From Marsupella aquatica (lineage: Eukaryota > Plantae > Marchantiophyta): 64,000 nt of DNA. A program made the translations under genes and the position numbers. Below the pieces are notes generated by a model that saw only the letters and a list, made by a program, of their open reading frames with translations, made no database searches and was not told the origin of the DNA. Shown here one piece after another: positions 21,906 through 35,190 of the stretch; the first letter of the stretch is position 1, and each line of letters opens with the position of its first letter. Where the stretch lies: positions 3,051,801 to 3,115,800 of the forward strand of contig OZ316891.1 in NCBI GenBank assembly GCA_973895155.1, written 5' to 3'.

Positions 21906-24900
21906 ATGGCTCCAAGGTTGCCTCTTCGCAACCCATTTAGGATTAGGCATCATGATTCTAAATTGTGGATGTGTGAACAAGCCCGGGCCGCCCAAGGTAG
22001 GAGTAGGAGGATGAGATGCCATGCACACAGTGCCAAGGATTCAAGTCGTTGAGTTTGAACACTGTGCACCTTCACCTGCTGCGGCATGAAAGGCACCCTC
22101 GGTGGAGGGTTTGGAATGTACCAGCAGAAGAAGACTCCTCTGATGAAGAGTGGAGAGCTGACTTTGTGGATTCTAATACAGCTAGGCGTAGAGACTACGT
22201 AGAGCAGGACATAGACTGTGTAGAGGATGGTCCTAGGGTCCAACATGAGAACGTGGATGACCAAGATGGAGATGCAGAGGCAGTCACTGAGGACGGTGGG
22301 ATGGATATCCCAAGAATGGTTCAAGAGATTTTTTTGAAGACCTTGATGCTTTTTACGACACAGTGGAATCAAAAGAGGACAATGAACCGCAACCACACAT
22401 TGGAGACGGCCAAGCTGAACCTGACTTTGACATTGGGGAAGGTGCAGTAGAGAGGGAGTGGGTGTTTGGGGGCCCAAAACACATCAAAGAAGCTTGCATT
22501 CCCATCTACGAGGGGTCGAACTGCTCCAAGCTGGGTTTTGTCGTGTTGTTGTTGAACATCTGTGGCAATCACAATGTTCCCAATATATTTGTGACAGAGT
22601 TGTTGACCTTCCTGCGCCGAAATGTGTTACCAGATGGTAATTCAATTCCAAAAAATATGTACGAGGCTAGGAAATTGATGTCTAACCTTGGGCTGAACTA
22701 TGTGTCTATTGACGCATGCCCTGATGGGTGTGTTCTCTTTCGCAAAGAGCATGCAGATAAATTGACATGCCCTCATTGTGGTAAGCACAGGTACAAGAAT
22801 GTAGGGAAATGTACACACCCTGCCAAGGTTCTTCGTCATTTTCCTCTCATTCCTAGACTACAACGTCTGTTTAGATGCCCTACCATTTCCAAGCTGATGA
22901 CATGGACTCCTGATAACAAGAGCAGTGATGGCCTACAGCGTCACATTGGAGATTCCAACCATTGGAAATTTGTTGATGAGAGGTGGCCACAGTTTGCTGT
23001 AGAGAAGTGGAACTTTCGATTTGGTCTATCACTGGATGGAGTAAACCCATTTGGAGACAAAAACAACCGTTATTCATGTTGGCCGGTTACGCTGCTAAAT
23101 TACAACCTTCCCCCATGGATGACTACAAAGAGGTTTTTTGTCATGATGGTGCTGTTAATCCCTGGACCAGCTTCTGTGACCGAGCAATTCATAGATATCA
23201 TGTTGGCTCCAGCAGTGGAAGAGTGGAAGACTTTGTGGATAGAAGGGGTGTTAACCCATGATGTTCTGAAGGGGCTTCTTCGACCCAGCCCCTTTAGACT
23301 GCATGCAATTTGTTTGCTGGATATAGCAGATTACCCAGGCCATGGCATCATATCTGGACGAGTGACAAAGGGCTATGTGGGGTGCACACCATGTGGGAAA
23401 AATGTGACAAGTGAGTGGTCGCATGCCCTGCACAGTATGAAATTTCAGGGGCATAGAAGGTATCTGCCTGCTGATCATCCTTACAGGCACACACGGTCTC
23501 AAATTGCACACTTCAACAACAAAACAGAGCTTCGTGGCCCACCACAGAGGGTCACCAAAGAGCAAGTCCTGAGGTGGGCAGCCAGGAAGGCTGATTGGGA
23601 CAAGATAAGTGCCACTGATTGAGAACCTGAGGATCCAGTGGTGAAACACGGTGTGAAAAGACAGACCTTGATGGACTTGGAGTTGGAGTACTGGAGGGTA
23701 ATGTACTTAGCCTCCAGCCCCTGTATGATTGCAATTTTAGATTGGAGCAATGGTGGATTGATGTTGGTTACAATCCTCCTATGTGGTTAATTAGTGTTTC
23801 TGTTGTTGAATTCTTTGCTTTGTGGAGTGCAGGAATTCGAGCCCAGCAAACACAATGTGGACGTCATGCACATTGAGAAAAATATTTGTGAGAGCTTGCT
23901 GAAGTTCTTGTCGGGTGAGAAAGATATAGGAGCAATTTGAGCTGATATGCAACAGAAGAGGATTCGCCCTCACCTTTGGTTGAAGCCCCATGCAAGCAAT
24001 CCCAATGTACTTCTCAAGTTCCAAGCTCCCTATGTGTGCACACAGGAAGAATGGAAGACATTCTTGTATAGATTGAGCTGTCTGAAAGTGCCCTCTGGCT
24101 ATGCTGGTGCCTTCAAGAAGCATATTACAAAGAATAAACTTGGCAGTATGAAAACACATGACTACCATGTGTTGATGCAGCACATTATGCCCCTATGCCT
24201 TAGAGGTCTCATGCAGAAACCAGTCTGTAATGTCATTCTTTGACTGTGCAATGTATTTCGCCGTATATGTGTGAAAGTGTGGGATCCCCAAGGATTGGAG
24301 CAGTTGAAGCAGGATGCTGCTTATGTCCTCTATGACTTGGAGATATACTTCCCCCCTGCTTTCTTTGATGTTATGAGTCATCTCCTAATCCATGTGGTAG
24401 AAGAGCTAGGGCAGTATGGGCCAGTCAGTACCAGATGGATGTACCCTATGGAGCGATACATGAAGTTGTTGAAAGGTCATGTGAGAACATACTACAGGCC
24501 AGAGGCTTCCATGGCATTGGGGTACATTAAGGATGAGACGTTGGGGTTCCTAACAGAGTACATGGCTAGGTCTGGTGAAGCTATGACAAGAGTTTGGAAA
24601 TCTGGTGAAGATGATGGAGTGAGTGGCGAGGTTGTTGAAGGTGTGGGACGTGCTGTTCAGCTGCCTGTTGTGATTCAAGACAAGGCTCATTCATATGTGC
24701 TGGCAAACACAGAGCCTATGCAACCATGGTGGAGGTGAGTGATTGAATTGACTTGCCTTTGTTGTGATGCTTCTTGTCTGTTCCAAGGGTGATCTTAGGT
24801 TGTCATGTGTTGTTTAGACCTAACTATGCCTGTACCTCATATTGCAGGGAATATGATATGCAAAAAGCTGCACACTCTGGGCAGCAGGATCCCTTCCCAC

Positions 24901-25607
24901 AGTTCGAGCAGTGGATTCGGGTGACAATTCGAGAGCATAGTAGACATCACCCAGATATGGAGAAGGATTTGTATCTTCTATCTGTGCCACCACGATTGTC
25001 TATTCTGACCTACAAACGGATGAGAGCTTATGGAAATCATTATCGAGTGAGGGATGAGCAGGGTGACCATTGTGTATCATATGATTGTGGTTTGATTTCT
25101 GTGTTTGAGCAGAGAACCTCTGAAGAACAGAGGGGGTGGATGAAGATGGGTTACGTGGGGGAGTTGACCGACATTTGGGTGTTGAATTATGGTAACACAA
25201 GTGTCCCAGTGATATTGATGAAGGGATCATGGGTGAAATCAGAGTGGCAAAGACCAAGGGCCACCATGAAGCGTGATCATGATGGGTTCTTGTTGGCCAA
25301 TTTTAGGTCCAGAGTACCAGAATGGTCTGAGCCTTTTGTTTTCCCTAGCCAAGTTGAACAGGCTTTCTTTGCAGATGTGGAGGAGTCACATGGCTGGAGG
25401 GTGGTATGCCATAGCCAAGCACGGAACAGGCAGATGGATGGAAGTAAAGTAGAGTTCAGTTTGGATGACCATGCTGCATTCGAGCATCCTAGTCACGAGA
25501 CTGTACTTCCAACTCGGGCAGGGACTGACTACATCCCCTTAACATTGAGAGAGACATATGATGAACCTGGGCAAATGGAATATGATGAGGTTGATGATTT
25601 GCAATAG
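21906..25607 (+). pseudogene. tnpD: CACTA TnpD-like transposase (transposase-associated Zn domain, Transposase_21, DUF4218, DUF4216); 3 exons; disrupted
   Basis: Motifs CPC..C..V..HL, IDACPDGCVLF, VLRHFPLIPRLQRLF, GLSLDGVNPF, YSCWPV..YNLPPW, HNVDVMHIEKN, MKTHDYHVLMQ, FFDVMSHLLIH, GPVSTRWMYPMER, EPFVFPSQVEQAFF. Introns 23698..23832 and 24735..24847. Frameshifts near 22020 and 22335; TGA stops at 23620, 23938 and 24241. Confidence 0.95.
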
Positions 25608-25784
25608 GCAACAGCTGGCGATTGGCAAGTATGAGGTTGAGGATGACTACCTGCACAGAGTCACAGAACGAGAATTGCTGCCTGGAATGATGTTTAGGAT
25701 AGTTGGATATGCATGAAATTGATTGATACTTTGAAGTTAGTGTGCTGATTCTCCCTGTTTGGTTGTGGGTGCTGTGCAGAAGCT

Positions 25785-28700
25785 ATGGGGGAAGAGGGTG
25801 ATGACATGGAGACAGACATGGGGCTTGGAGAGTGGGGTGAAGAGGAAAGATTGGATATGGATGGAGACCCAGATGCAGGGGGCTCACAGAAAAATGCATC
25901 TATGCAGGATGCACAGGGCCCCCATCAAGTCCCAGGTAGGTGGGCAGCTAGAGAGAAATCACATAATCCATACCCTAGAAGGAGCCAGAGTTATTGGTAA
26001 GGGACGCCTGATAATTATGATGATGACTATGATGGAGCAGAAGATGGATGGGATGAATATGAACACCTAGAGCGTGGTAGAGACGGGTACAGAGGGCAAT
26101 GGAAAGGTGAGGAGGATGATTGAACAAGTAAGTGCCTTGTGCTAGTGATTTTGTGATGGTAGTAGAGATTTAGCTCAATATGGACTTATCTGATGTGTAG
26201 CTAGGGCAAAGAGTTTATCTTACAGGTCCATGAGTGTGGCATGTACCTGTTGGTATGCAGACTCTGATTGGGACAATCACAAAAACAACAAAGGCCATCC
26301 ACGTTCAGATAGGAGGCAATCATTCATAGGCGGGAGAAACGACCCTAATTCATCAAGACAAAGCAATAGGACAGGTGGTCCAGAACCATCTATGTGCCAA
26401 GGGAGAGGTAACTTGGTCATTGCATAATTGCTCTGAAGTCCAGTGTATATTTGGCAGCAGGATTTATGATTCATACTTACCTAATGGATCCTATAAATGT
26501 GCAGGGACTCCAGGGAGGTTTGGACAATGCAATCCAGGCCGTGGGGGGACACCAGGCCGTGGAGGGACACCTAGTAGCGCTTCAGGGAGTACCAAGGCAG
26601 GAGATAGTAACAAATTTGGTAAAGTAGAAGTGAATTCCGATGGTTGGATAACTCCCACATGTGATGGTAAGAACCGTTGGCATGCTGACCTAAGAGGAGA
26701 AGTATTGCGTTGGTTAGATTTGAGCATTACAGAGTTTAGGAGTCAGAACAAAGCTGATTGGGCTGCTATCTGCAAGGACATTCTTGAACGGTGGGACTAT
26801 GTTGGTAATGATGGTAAGGGCCCAGTTGAAGATTGCATATCAGATTATGCAATGAGGATTTTGAAACAATAGAGGCATAGGTTGAAAAGGATGTGGATAG
26901 ACAATGGTTCTAACAGGAGAATGCCACCACCCCCATCATTGGAATTGGATCAATGGACACGGTTAATCAAAGGGTTCATGTCGGAGACTGGGCAGAGCAA
27001 GAGTGAACTGATGTCAAATGCTCGAGGCAAAGTGAAACACCTGTCACAGGCTGGGAGAGGAAGTTATGCTCCAGTGAAAGAACAATTGGTAAGGCAGTGA
27101 CATGCCTGATAGTAAGCCTCAAACTTATCATCTTGCTACCATTATTACATTTTCATTGACAATCAACACTTGGTTTCATTCATATGTATGTTGATGTGGA
27201 CTGTAGAAGAAATTGGCAGGTGAAGAACCATCAGCACAAGAAGTGAGAGAGGAGTTCATGAAACAAAGGAGTGAGGTGACAAGTGTGACTTCCAAACAGG
27301 TGATTATATTGTAATTCTGTATGTTCTATGACTATTTGGCCTTGAGCATCAGAAAGAATTGTAGTAGGAAGTAAGCAACCAGTTCTTGGGGACAATTATC
27401 TGAGATATGTAAGCTGTGTTATGACAAGGAACTGTTACAACTCTCACAGAGATGTGTGAACGGTTGAAGTCATTAGAGTGTGGACTCCCTCGAGTGGAAA
27501 GTAAATTGGCTGATCGTTTGGATATTGTGGAGGCATCTGTAGCGAACCTTCTTGCATCAGTGGAATCTAATTTCAAGCTTGTGATTGAAAAATTGGGTGG
27601 TTCCCAACCAAACAATGAGGGCAACATTGTACAAAGTGTGCCCTTGTTAACAAAAAAGGGAATTGGCAAATCTGACACAGGTATGGAAATGACACCGGCT
27701 CATTGTTCATTGTGTCCTATGTTCAAATGTTAGAAGTAAGTTTTCATGAATTGAGTGAATGGTTTGAATGCAGGAAGAGTGGAGGTAGAGGACCCTGTAA
27801 TCAGTAAGCAAAATGGAAAAAAGGTTGTTGAGACAGGTAACCTGCTATGATCCAGTACATTACATTTGAAAAGTGCATGGAGTTTTGTGAAGCTTAAGCC
27901 GGTTGGAGGTAATCTTTTCTGTAAGAACTGGTTGGATCAACTGGGATCTGAAGTGACATCATGATTGATGTATCAGGTGATTCAAAGAGCAATGAAAAAG
28001 ATGTGCCCAGTGCCTCAGTGACCATAGCCAAGGAGGTATCAGGTAAGCTGATACTTTAGATTCCTCTCCTACCATTGTTGAGAAACAATTCAGTGGTTAA
28101 TAGATTGAACCTGAATATTGTGGTGTGTTTATTGATCAGCAGAAGCAGACATGGAGGATATGGCAATGGCAAAGAAGGGGAAGAAGGCTATTCATAATGG
28201 TAAGGAGATAGTGACAACTTTGTGGTTGGTGACATGTACATGGCGCACATGTGATGAGTGATTCACTTATGTTGGACAATACACTGAATTGTAGTTGATG
28301 CAGAGTTGACAGACTCTCAACCAAGTGGGAGCAGGGTGAAGCGACGTCAAAACTTGGGAGCAACATTGGATGCAAGTAAGATTGTAGATGCTTCAATTGA
28401 AGCAAGTACAATGTTGGCAGATACTGAGATGATGTCGCAGGGAAATCCTGCTACACAATCGGAAGTGTCAAATATGGATGCAGATTCTTTGAAGAAGAGT
28501 GTAGCCAATTCTCGATCACCAGCACAAAACACTCGTGCCAAAGTCATGACTCGCAACCAAGGTATGAATAATGTCATGTATAAGCCACCCAGGAAAGCCA
28601 AGAAAAATAGCCAGGGTAAGGTGGAGGTGATAGCCACAGCAGAGCCAGTCCATAATCTTCTATCATGGGAGGATGACTCACAGGTATGTGTGGGTACAGG

Positions 28701-28896
28701 CATTTTGCGACCGGATCATGCTAAATTCCATGGCAAAGTGGTCCCGGATGACCATGTAGTAGTGTTGTTGAATACAATGATTGTATCTGATTGTAATTTG
28801 CCATTTCCGAATAGAGACGATGATCCACCTCAAGAAATAATTGCAGATGCAGTAGGATCTCTTGTGCTCCGGCCATTAGAGTGTGTTAGTCTGTAG
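25785..28896 (+). pseudogene. tnpA: CACTA TnpA-like multi-exon gene (Ptta/En/Spm Transposase_24-like central domain, TNP1/En/Spm C-terminal domain)
   Basis: PPSLELDQWTRLI..KSELMSNARGKVKHLSQAGRGSY; C-terminal VGTG..FHGKVVPDDHVVV..LPFP..IADAVGSLVLRP; ~10 GT-AG introns; TAG at 26870. Confidence 0.8.
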
Positions 28897-29389
28897 TGAC
28901 TGAATACAAGTGTAGTTAGAATCAAGTGAATTGTGTCACATTTTGACATTGCCTTGGAAAGATCCAAGAAATATCTGTACCAATTTTTCCATTTGGTAAA
29001 GAGGATGAAGGAGTGTGTGACATTGATATTTCTGAATTCTGTATGTATGAAACAAGTGATTGATGTCAAACTATGGCTCTATGATAATTGTCTATGATAC
29101 TTGAATCTGTTTTGTATCATTTGAGTATTAGTGTGTATGGTATAGAGAAATACTTTGTGACCTTCTTTGTAGTCTATGATGTTTGAATCTGTGAATTCAT
29201 ATTAGTGTACATGGTATAGAAGATGGCTTTCTGAAACTCTGAGTTCTAATGTTAACATGATGAATGGTGAGCTTATAGAGTGAGTTCATTCCAAGTACAC
29301 AATAAAACATAATTGGAATGTGTTATTTGTGCACAAGAGTGAGTTCATTCCAAGTAGTATAGTGGGGTTTTCATCACTCATATCCAGTT

Positions 29390-29714
29390 GACATGAAAGA
29401 CTTATACATACCCCACAAAGTGTTTACTTTAGTCATTTTATAAACCCACAAAGTATATTTAAAGACTACCCTTCTAGTCGTTCCCAACGACTCACCATCG
29501 CAGCCTATAAAAGACTACAAATGACTCACCAAACCTACCCACACAAAGACTACAATAGTCTAAAAATCCAGTCTATTAAACGACTTACAAACCAGTTCTA
29601 TAAAGGACTCAGTTGATTATAGTAACAAAACATACGACTCGCAGTCCTATAAAGGACTGGAGTCTTTCCCAGTCATTTCCAAGTCCTATACGGTACTGAA
29701 TAGTCATTTAATGG
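29390..29714. repeat. CACTA right subterminal repeats
   Basis: Multiple AAAGACTAC, CTATAAAGGACT and ACGACTC motifs in both orientations. Confidence 0.7.
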
Positions 29715-29747
29715 GGTCTAAATACCCCCCGGTTTCTACTAGTGGGC

Positions 29748-30308
29748 GGTCATGACAGAAAGGGAAAGCGCCAAACGGAAACAATGATATCTTCCCAACG
29801 GGAAGTCCGTTGGAGGACTTCTTGGGTGCGTTGGAAATCTCTCAAGGCCAAGTAGGCGTGGAGGTTGGGTTCTTGGGTGCATGTCCTGGGGTCAGGGTGA
29901 TCACTTAGTGATGGATAGGTACAAGGGGGTATCCGGGCCGCGCTCAAGGAAGGAGTTGTTCTTGACGAACAGTGGGCATGGGTTCTGGTTCCGGCTTATG
30001 GCATCGAGAGGACCTATCGCTGACCTATTTACCAATGTCTGTTGAGCTTGAGTTAGGATGCTAGACTTGGCAAGTTCTAGATCTTGAAGGGTTACTTACC
30101 GAGGTGCTTGGTTGCTTGTGCAAGCAGTGAGGACCGTTGAGTAGCGGTCGTGTTGGTGAGCAAGTGCAGCTTCGTATGGGAGGGGCCGTGGGTTGGTGCA
30201 AGGGGCACTAGGTTGCTTACTTGAGGTAATCCGTGGAGGCATTCAAGCACTAGGAGCACTTAGGCGTGGGTGCTGAGCTTGGTGAGGGGGCTGGGTGGCA
30301 AGGTCCAC
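29748..30308 (+). repeat. Second LTR copy, right part (resumes after the CACTA)
   Basis: GC-rich non-coding sequence continuing after the TSD; exact 3' end uncertain, abuts Harbinger ORF1. Confidence 0.45.
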
Positions 30309-30309
30309 C

Positions 30310-31256
30310 CCTAAAGGACTGCCCTAGGTGGACCAATCCAACCAACGATATGGCAAAGGGGAATGGCAAAAAAATGGTAGCAGCAAAAGGTGAGGAGAAA
30401 GATAAGGACAGCTCAAGCCCAACTCCAGAGGTTCTTGAGACATCAGACAATGACATTGCAACACAAGCAGTTGATGACTATGAATCAGGATTAGCAAGCA
30501 GGAAGAGACCTATAGGAAATTGGAGGGCAAAGGAAGAGTTAAAGCGAATGAAGCACCAAGAAGATGCTCTGAAGATGACAACGTTGGCTCAGAAAGAGAT
30601 TGCCACTGCCAATGTGCAACGTGCTGGAGTAGCTGAAAACAATTCCAGTATGGCATTGCTTTCATTACCTACAAATAACATGACACCACAGTTGCAAGCT
30701 TTCATGGAGGAATGGAAGCTGGAAACTCGGGGGGTTGACTATCAAAAATCTTAGGAACCACGTGCGATCCAAAATAGGTATTTTTGATAGAAATTAACTA
30801 AATTTTTAAAAAACGTAGGAGGCAAAAGAAGGTATTATAAACTCATGTTTATAGAATATTCTCTAATATATAATTTTTATAAAATAAAATAGGGTTATTA
30901 ATATTGAAAATGGAGAATATTCTTGGAATATTTTATTTATAAAATAGGTCTATTTATATTAGGCTAGGATCACACGTGGTACCCCAAAATATACACTTAG
31001 TTAACCCCCCAAGGCTGGAAATTGCCATCAATTTGAAGCAACAAATGCAGCAGCATATAGATGTCCAGCCAATTCCTCCAGTGACACACAATCCACTGCC
31101 AAGCGTCCGACAGCCGGTATTCCCAATGCCACACCTCCAAATGTTGTTCAGGAACCAGAGGAGTCTGAGGATGAAGGGGACAAAGCAATTGAAGTTCCAG
31201 TCGGGGAACAGCCAATGAACCAAGATGCTTTTATGGCAATGCTTGAGCAGACATAA
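30310..31256 (+). pseudogene. PIF/Harbinger ORF1 (Myb/SANT partner protein) C-terminal half, NAM-associated-type region, MITE-interrupted
   Basis: LKDCPRW and RPIGNWRAKE motifs typical of PIF ORF1; the reading frame continues across the MITE. Confidence 0.75.
30726..31013. mobile_element. 288-bp MITE, copy B (8-bp TSD)
   Basis: TIRs CTCGGGGGGTTGACTA / TAGTTAACCCCCCAAG; perfect TSD GCTGGAAA at 30718-30725 and 31014-31021. Confidence 0.92.
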
Positions 31257-32462
31257 GTTTAGGTAGAAATTCCCTAGCTAAACTACATAAAGGGGTAGCT
31301 TTCAATTGGTGCAGTAGGAATCACTCTTGTAAAACTGGATCAATTCAATATGAGGAATTTTTTGTGCTTTAGGCATTTCATGGCATTGTCTTGTAGGACT
31401 ATTTATACATTCCAACAAATCTACATTGTCGGTTTTACGCATACCTATCCACTCACACAAGACTGATAATTTATCAAAAAAATTCCAGAACATGGATTGT
31501 ATTACAACATTGTCACATCTGGTTTACAAAAATGCAGCCACCCTCAGGCCTGCCTTTGCAATTTTGAAGTACATCCTACTCTATGTATGTGTTGCACTCT
31601 ATATCCGCCAATTGGCTTAGAAAGAGATGGCCGCTGCCAATGTGCCTCGATATCCGCCAATTGAAAAACCGGGACTATACCAGCTGAAACATTGAAACTT
31701 GCAAAAACAAAACTTGCTCTACAACAGACTACTTGTGTCCCCAATCAGTTCCCAATTGGTCCAATCCCTCCACTTCAATCTGATGGCCATCGCCAATTGT
31801 AAATTTCACCATCAAATTTGTCATCTTCGCCATTCTCCAAATCAGAGAATTCCACCCTCGCCCTCCTCGCACGTCGAGGCTTCTTCCTCACTGCCCGAGT
31901 CTTCTTCTTCTCCATGCTTGTTTGGGGAGGCGGAGAGGGAGGTGCTTCCTCTCTTGCAATGACAACTGGGAGCGTTGCATCAACCTAGGTGGGAGCAACA
32001 TCGGGTGTAGGATGTCAAAGTGAAGGGGAGTAGGCCTCTCCTGCCTCCTACGCTCATCCACATCTCGGATTGGAGGTGCCATAAAAAATACTAGGGAGGA
32101 AATTGCTCTTCCAGTACCCAAGACAATCACCCTCTCCCTCCACAACGTTGAGGCACAATTGCCTCCAGGCAGCCAAATGTCGAGGCACAGTTGCCAATTG
32201 GAATGCCTCACTAGAATCCTCATTACATAATGTATACAAGGGTTTGTAGCGAGTGTTGGCTCCACCTGCAAGAATAGAAGCTCCTGGTGAAAACGTGTTG
32301 GCAGTCCTACAGAAATACAGAATGGGACCTGTCCTGCAGCTTCTTTAATGTTGAAGAGACCTGTCTAGCTTGCCATCTCATGTGAATCAGGACACGATGC
32401 TGGACACAATTGACATGCCCTAAATTAATGTAAATGACAAAAACGAGACACTCACCCCAAGG

Positions 32463-33774
32463 TCAATTATCAGTATAGCATGAGCCCTTTCGATGCCACA
32501 AGTGGTTGATTAAATCATTTCTCAAGCGGAAATGGTTTTCTTTTTTGTGAATTTCCCTATTGGCCTCAAGGAATTCAAGCTAGGGCATTAACCCTTGTCT
32601 CACATTTGGTGGCTTCACCCTCAGATATGGAGAAAACTCTTCACCTCTTTCATCCTCCAATATCATATTGTGGAGGACCACAGATGCCATGAGAAGGTGA
32701 GTCAAGTTTGACTCATACCAAGATCTTGCAGGCCTCTTGATAATTTCAAACCTGGCTTGGAGCACACCATGCCCTCTCAACATCTTTCTTGGCACCTTAT
32801 TGGCATCTGGCAAAGTGACTAAACTTTTCATTCTGTGGAGAATGAATAGTGGAAATGAACATTGACCACTTTGGATAGATGTCATCCACTAGAAGATATG
32901 CTCTATTATACTCAACACCATTCACATGGAATGAAACATTAGCAGAATCATTGGACAACCATTCATTCAAAAGAGGGGATCTATCAAGCACATTCAAGTC
33001 ATTGTTGCCCCCTGCCAAACCCCAAAATGCATGCCAGATCCAAAGTTCCTGATCTGCAATTGCCTCTAGTATGATAGACTTGGTCTTATCCTTGTCATTG
33101 TATTGCCCCTGTCAAGAAACTGGGCAATTTTCCCATTGCCAGTGCACGCAATCCAAGGATCCAAACATTCTTGGAAATCCCCTCTCTTGATAACTTCCAA
33201 ATGATTCTGAAAATCTTGAGTGCTTGGCTTTTGCAAGTACCTGGCTTCATAGATTTCCCTAATGGCTTTTGTAAATTGATACAAAGACTCCAAGGCTGTG
33301 CTCTCTGCGATTCTGCAATATTCATCCATGGCATCTGCCTACCATAAGCTAGTTGTCGTAGAGGTGCTGTTATTTTCTGGTGTGGAGATAGACCTGGTTT
33401 TCCTATAGCATCAAACTTCAAACGTAACAGAAATAATCATCTTGTTCACACACTGCAAGAAGGATTTTGTTGAATAATCTACTGCTCATTTGAAACCTTC
33501 TTTGAAATTTGAGTTCTCCATATGTAAGATTGTCAGAGAAATAATTGTTCCACAGATCCTGTGCACCCTTCTCTCTATTCCGGTTGACATTCATGTTTCT
33601 GCCTGGCCTTGACCCTCCATGTTTTCTTATCGTTGGAGGTGCCAGAATATGCTGGATGGACAACAGTCCACTATACATCATCATCCCCCAAAATCTATCC
33701 TCCTCATCCCAATCGTCTTCATCATCTTCCACCATGTTCAAGAAATTCTCCCTGCATGCCTCCATAGGATCCAT
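32463..33774 (-). pseudogene. PIF/Harbinger DDE transposase (Plant_tran family), frameshifted
   Basis: FQRRFQMS..LF, GLSPHQKITAPLRQLAYG, DEYCRIAESTA, GNNDLNVLDRSPL, YLLVDDIYPKW, LHNMILEDE across four partial ORFs. Confidence 0.92.
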
Positions 33775-34067
33775 AGCAGCAAACCCGCGCAAACCAAAAT
33801 CTGAAAAACAGAGCACGGGCGATGGTGCACGACGTCAAGGATGAGAAAGACACCAAGAAACCAATTTGCTGTCTCATCGCGAACATGATTGTGAGAAGAT
33901 TGACCAGTTCGAACCTGTACTATACCAGTTCGAACCCTGGTTACAGAATACAGGTTGTATTTTGGAGGCGACTGGTGGGGAACATTCAAGTCGTCGTGTG
34001 CCCTGCTATTTCCCAGGCGTCTTTCCAGGGGTCAAATTTTTGGCTATAGCTGCCAACAGCTGCCAAA

Positions 34068-34085
34068 CTGTTGGAGATGCTCTAA
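34068..34085 (-). repeat. PIF/Harbinger terminal inverted repeat and TAA target
   Basis: CTGTTGGAGATGCTC|TAA (reverse complement GAGCATCTCCAACAG) is a canonical PIF/Tourist end; the partner TIR was not found in the window. Confidence 0.8.
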
Positions 34086-35190
34086 GACCCCCAAAAAATA
34101 TAGGTTCACATTTGTTAAAAACACCTATATCACATGTCACATTTGTGAACAAATGTAAATTAATATAGAACTAGATTACCGGGTGGGTGTGGGGTGTGTA
34201 GTGGGAAAAGGTATTTTGGATTCTTGTAGTCTGTCATGTGATGGGCAAGCATCACATGACCCTCTGACGGGCATGCATGGCCCCTACGATCCCTCTCCTA
34301 TAGGGTCCCATCAGGGCACATTGCCCAACGTATTATATGACGGCTGCAATATAGAGGGAACTTCATGACCATCTGTTGTTGTTTTGAAGACAAAAAATAG
34401 ATATATAAAACAAAATTAGAGCTAGGAGATACCTACATTAGATAAAATATTAAATCAGCAGATTCTCAAACACATTGTCAATAATGTTGATTATGCTGGA
34501 GCCAGGGCATCGAGCTAAAGAACAAGGCATATTCTGAGCATTTATTTTACCCCTAGCTTTGGAGGTCTTTGAGTTTCACACTATCTTTGACCTTATCATG
34601 CATGCAAGTGCAAAATTTTGTGTAGGGTGGAGATATTATCTCCCTACTTTTGCCCTCACGGTCTTCTTTAGAGAATTTGTTGCACTACAGAACACTATGC
34701 AATCAATATTCTTCAGAGAACGGTTGGTTTTAAGGCCCGACAAAATCTTTTTCATGACCCTCCTGAGTGGTTTACTTCAGAATTCTACCCTGCTCATCAA
34801 TTTACGTAGGGTGCTAGTTCCTGTGCTATTGAAAGGAATTATTTGGGCTTTTCGGCTCTTTGGTGTTGCTGAGATTTTCCTTCGTGTTCTTCCCCATATT
34901 TGGTCTCCTTGTAAGTCCATTAAACCACAACTGCCCCTTCAAGAGCTAAGGGTTACACATAGGATCCAAGATTACAGTTACAAGTAAGTTTTTCTTGAAA
35001 TCCTGGAAGAGACTAGCACCTTAGAGGAAAGAGGTGAGTGGAATGTAAAACAAGGGCCAAGTATTTGACACTTCCCTTTTGTACAGAAGTAGTTCAAACA
35101 GAAGTTGTGGTTCAAACAAAAGTTGCTGACAACGTGATTTTGTCCTTTTGAAACACAGGTCTATTTTGACCAAAATCAAAAAGATGTTTT

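Larger units (their letters stand above)
12959..29744 (+). mobile_element. Complete CACTA (En/Spm) DNA transposon, 16,786 bp, carrying TnpD, TnpA and cargo ORFs
   Basis: Left TIR CACTAGTAGAAACCGGGGTAATTTAGACC; right TIR GGTCTAAATACCCCCCGGTTTCTACTAGTG; 3-bp TSD GGC at 12956-12958 and 29745-29747; subterminal AAAGACTA/ACGACTC repeats at both ends; internal transposase genes. Confidence 0.97.

Noticed and set aside
8389-31013. The two inverted MITEs as termini of one 22.6-kb composite transposon
   Set aside because: Each copy has its own TIR pair and its own distinct 8-bp TSD, so they are independent insertions
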